Virus record (IMG/VR): IMGVR_UViG_2695420538_000011
Source: a virus
Taxonomy: Duplodnaviria; Heunggongvirae; Uroviricota; Caudoviricetes
Length of the DNA stretch: 18,058 bases
Strand: one strand, 5' to 3'
Positions 16,233 to 18,058 of the stretch are shown piece after piece (positions within the stretch are counted from its first letter, which is position 1; each line of letters starts with the position of its first letter). The position numbers and the translations under genes were made by a program. Below the pieces are notes generated by a model, which worked only from the letters and a program-made list of their open reading frames with translations, made no database searches and was not told the origin of the DNA.

Positions 16233-16509
16233 CCTTCAACTTGCCGTCAAAGGTGAATACTTCGATGCCATGATTCGCGGAGAGAAAACGGAAGAGTATC
16301 GCCTGTGTAATGACTATTGGAATAAGCGCCTCGTTAACCGTAAGTATGACCGCCTGATTATCACAAAGGGATATCCGAAGCGCGACGATTCCAGCCGCAG
16401 AATTGATGTTCCGTATGACGGATATGAAATAAAGACAATCACACATCCCCACTTCGGCGATAAACCGGTAAAGGTGTTCGCGATAAAGGTAAATATCGGC
16501 AATAAATAA
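16225..16509 (+). CDS. ASCH-domain (PUA-like) protein, 94 aa
   Basis: GTG start with ribosome-binding site AGGAGG. It contains the ASCH signature G-x-K-x-x-E-x-R (RGEKTEEYR). Confidence 0.65.
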   Translation: MANLQLAVKGEYFDAMIRGEKTEEYRLCNDYWNKRLVNRKYDRLIITKGYPKRDDSSRRIDVPYDGYEIKTITHPHFGDKPVKVFAIKVNIGNK

Positions 16510-16513
16510 CAAT

Positions 16514-16539
16514 CCTCGCACTCGCGGGGATTTATTTTA
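16514..16539 (+). terminator. Intrinsic terminator after the ASCH gene
   Basis: Hairpin CCTCGC-ACTC-GCGGGG (one G-U pair) followed by ATTTATTTT. Confidence 0.5.
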
Positions 16540-16581
16540 TCTGAACTCGCTACGGCGGGTTTTGTTTTATGGAGATGATAA

Positions 16582-16749
16582 ATGCACTTCCGAGTCACAG
16601 GTGAATGGAATGGAGAACCATTCAACAGAGTTATCGAAGCAGAGAACATCAACGACTGCTATGACCACTGGATGCTGTGGGCGCAGATAGCACATGCAGA
16701 CGTAACCAATATTCGAATTGAAGAACTGAAAGAACACCAAGCCGCCTGA
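16582..16749 (+). CDS. Hypothetical small protein, 55 aa, upstream of xis
   Basis: My own translation gives MHFRVTGEWNGEPFNRVIEAENINDCYDHWMLWAQIAHADVTNIRIEELKEHQAA. Ribosome-binding site GGAG. The stop codon lies inside a CCGCC-TGAT-GGCGG hairpin followed by TTTTTTCTT. Confidence 0.5.
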   Translation: MHFRVTGEWNGEPFNRVIEAENINDCYDHWMLWAQIAHADVTNIRIEELKEHQAA

Positions 16750-16800
16750 TGGCGGTTTTTTCTTGCGTGTAATTGCGGAGACTTTGCGATGTACTTAACA
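16743..16800 (+). promoter_or_regulatory. Terminator-like hairpin and cII-activated promoter pI overlapping the xis start
   Basis: Hairpin CCGCC-TGAT-GGCGG plus T-run (16743-16769), then a TTGC-N6-TTGC cII site (TTGCGTGTAATTGC, 16763-16776) just upstream of xis, as in lambda pI. Confidence 0.55.
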
Positions 16801-17007
16801 CTTCAGGAGTGGAACGCACGCCAGCGGCGCCCAAGAAGCCTTGAAACAGTTCGTCGATGGGTGCGCGAATGCAGGATATTCCCTCCTCCGGTTAAGGATG
16901 GAAGAGAGTATCTGTTCCACGAATCAGCGGTAAAGGTTGACTTAAATCGACCAGTAACAGGTAGCCTTTTGAAGAGGATCAGAAATGGGAAGAAGGCGAA
17001 GTCATGA
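16789..17007 (+). CDS. xis: Excisionase Xis
   Basis: 72 aa, MYLTLQEWNARQRRPRSLETVRRWVRECRIFPPPVKDGREYLFHESAVKVDLNRPVTGSLLKRIRNGKKAKS, identical to lambda Xis as recalled. Confidence 0.95.
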   Translation: MYLTLQEWNARQRRPRSLETVRRWVRECRIFPPPVKDGREYLFHESAVKVDLNRPVTGSLLKRIRNGKKAKS

Positions 17008-18058
17008 GCGCCGGGATTTACCCCCTAACCTTTATATAAGAAACAATGGATATTACTGCTACAGGGACCCAAGGACGGGTAAAGAGTTCGGATTAGGCAG
17101 AGACAGGAGGATAGCAATTACTGAAACAATACAGGCCAATATTGAGTTACTCTCAGACAGCGGACGCAAATCACTGATAGACAGAATTAAAGGCGGTGAC
17201 GCAATCACTCTTCATGTGTGGCTTGACCGATATGAAAGAATCCTCACCGAAAGGGGGATCAGGCCGAAAACTCTACTCGACTACGCCAGCAAAATCAGGG
17301 CAATCCGAAGAAAATTGCCGGACAAACCGCTCACTGACATATCAACGAAAGAAGTGGCAGCAATGCTAAACACCTACGTAGCAGAAGGTAAAGCAGCTTC
17401 CGCAAAATTAATCAGGTCAACCCTTGTTGACGTTTTTCGTGAAGCAATAGCCGAGGGGCATGTGGCAACGAATCCGGTAACAGCAACCCGTACAGCAAAG
17501 TCAGAAGTAAGGCGCTCAAGGCTGACAGCTAATGAGTATGTCGAGATTTACCATGCAGCCGAACCTCTCCCTATCTGGCTAAGGCTGGCGATGGATTTGG
17601 CCGTCGTTACAGGGCAGAGAGTCGGCGATTTGTGCAGAATGAAATGGTCAGACATAAACGACAACCATCTTCACATTGAACAGAGTAAAACAGGGGCTAA
17701 ACTCGCCATTCCGCTAACGCTAACGATTGACGCGCTCAATATCTCACTGGCTGATACACTACAGAAATGCAGGGAGGCCAGCAGCAGTGAAACTATAATC
17801 GCATCAAAGCATCACGATCCGCTTTCCCCGAAAACAGTATCAAAGTATTTTACAAAGGCGAGAAATGCATCTGGACTCTCATTTGATGGAAACCCGCCAA
17901 CATTCCATGAACTGCGTAGCCTGTCAGCGAGGCTATACCGGAACCAGATTGGCGATAAGTTTGCTCAACGTCTTCTCGGGCATAAATCAGACTCAATGGC
18001 GGCGCGGTATAGGGACAGCCGTGGACGGGAATGGGACAAAATTGAAATCGACAAATGA
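16985..18058 (+). CDS. int: Tyrosine integrase Int (lambda family; N-terminal arm-binding domain lambda-like, core and catalytic domains divergent)
   Basis: 357 aa. The N-terminus MGRRRSHERRDLPPNLYIRNNGYYCYRDPRTGKEFGLGRDRRIAITE matches lambda Int as recalled. Catalytic residues are present (GQRVGDL, HELRS, LLGHKS, MAARY). It overlaps xis as in lambda. Confidence 0.93.
   Translation: MGRRRSHERRDLPPNLYIRNNGYYCYRDPRTGKEFGLGRDRRIAITETIQANIELLSDSGRKSLIDRIKGGDAITLHVWLDRYERILTERGIRPKTLLDYASKIRAIRRKLPDKPLTDISTKEVAAMLNTYVAEGKAASAKLIRSTLVDVFREAIAEGHVATNPVTATRTAKSEVRRSRLTANEYVEIYHAAEPLPIWLRLAMDLAVVTGQRVGDLCRMKWSDINDNHLHIEQSKTGAKLAIPLTLTIDALNISLADTLQKCREASSSETIIASKHHDPLSPKTVSKYFTKARNASGLSFDGNPPTFHELRSLSARLYRNQIGDKFAQRLLGHKSDSMAARYRDSRGREWDKIEIDK

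Noticed and set aside
16219-16834. Minus-strand ORFs of 100, 112 and 61 aa overlapping the ASCH gene and the xis upstream region
   Set aside because: They are antisense to plus-strand genes that have ribosome-binding sites, translational coupling and a conserved domain motif, and have no features of their own.

Overview
This window is a contiguous segment of a lambdoid prophage, written in the reverse of the conventional lambda map. Reading left to right: a truncated SAR-type endolysin and a dual-start holin (both on the minus strand), a roughly 530 bp non-coding late-control region, a Q21/QuuD-type antiterminator, a nin region (ninI-like phosphatase, ninH, ninG, an inserted HNH endonuclease, ninF-like, ninE, ninB), tR2, ren, P, O with the ori iterons, oop, cII, cro, OR, cI, rexA, rexB, OL/pL, nutL and N. 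Beyond N comes a non-lambda early-left operon on the plus strand (an AT-rich orphan gene, a long coiled-coil protein, cIII-like and kil-like genes, a RecT recombinase, many small coupled genes, an Ead/Ea22-like protein and an ASCH protein), then xis and int, with the int stop codon at the window edge. No attL/attR, structural genes, rRNA, intact tRNA or CRISPR array is visible. Lambda genes were recognised by translating the supplied ORFs and comparing them with lambda protein and operator sequences from memory; no database search or alignment was run, so identity levels are qualitative. The only recognisable defence system is the well-described rexAB pair. The best candidates for something undescribed are the AT-rich gene fused directly behind N, the adjacent coiled-coil protein, and the cassette of small translationally coupled genes with a membrane protein; none can be assigned a function from sequence alone. 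A tRNA 3'-half-like relic in the Q-to-holin spacer and an HNH insertion that rewrote the ninF 3' end are further points of interest.
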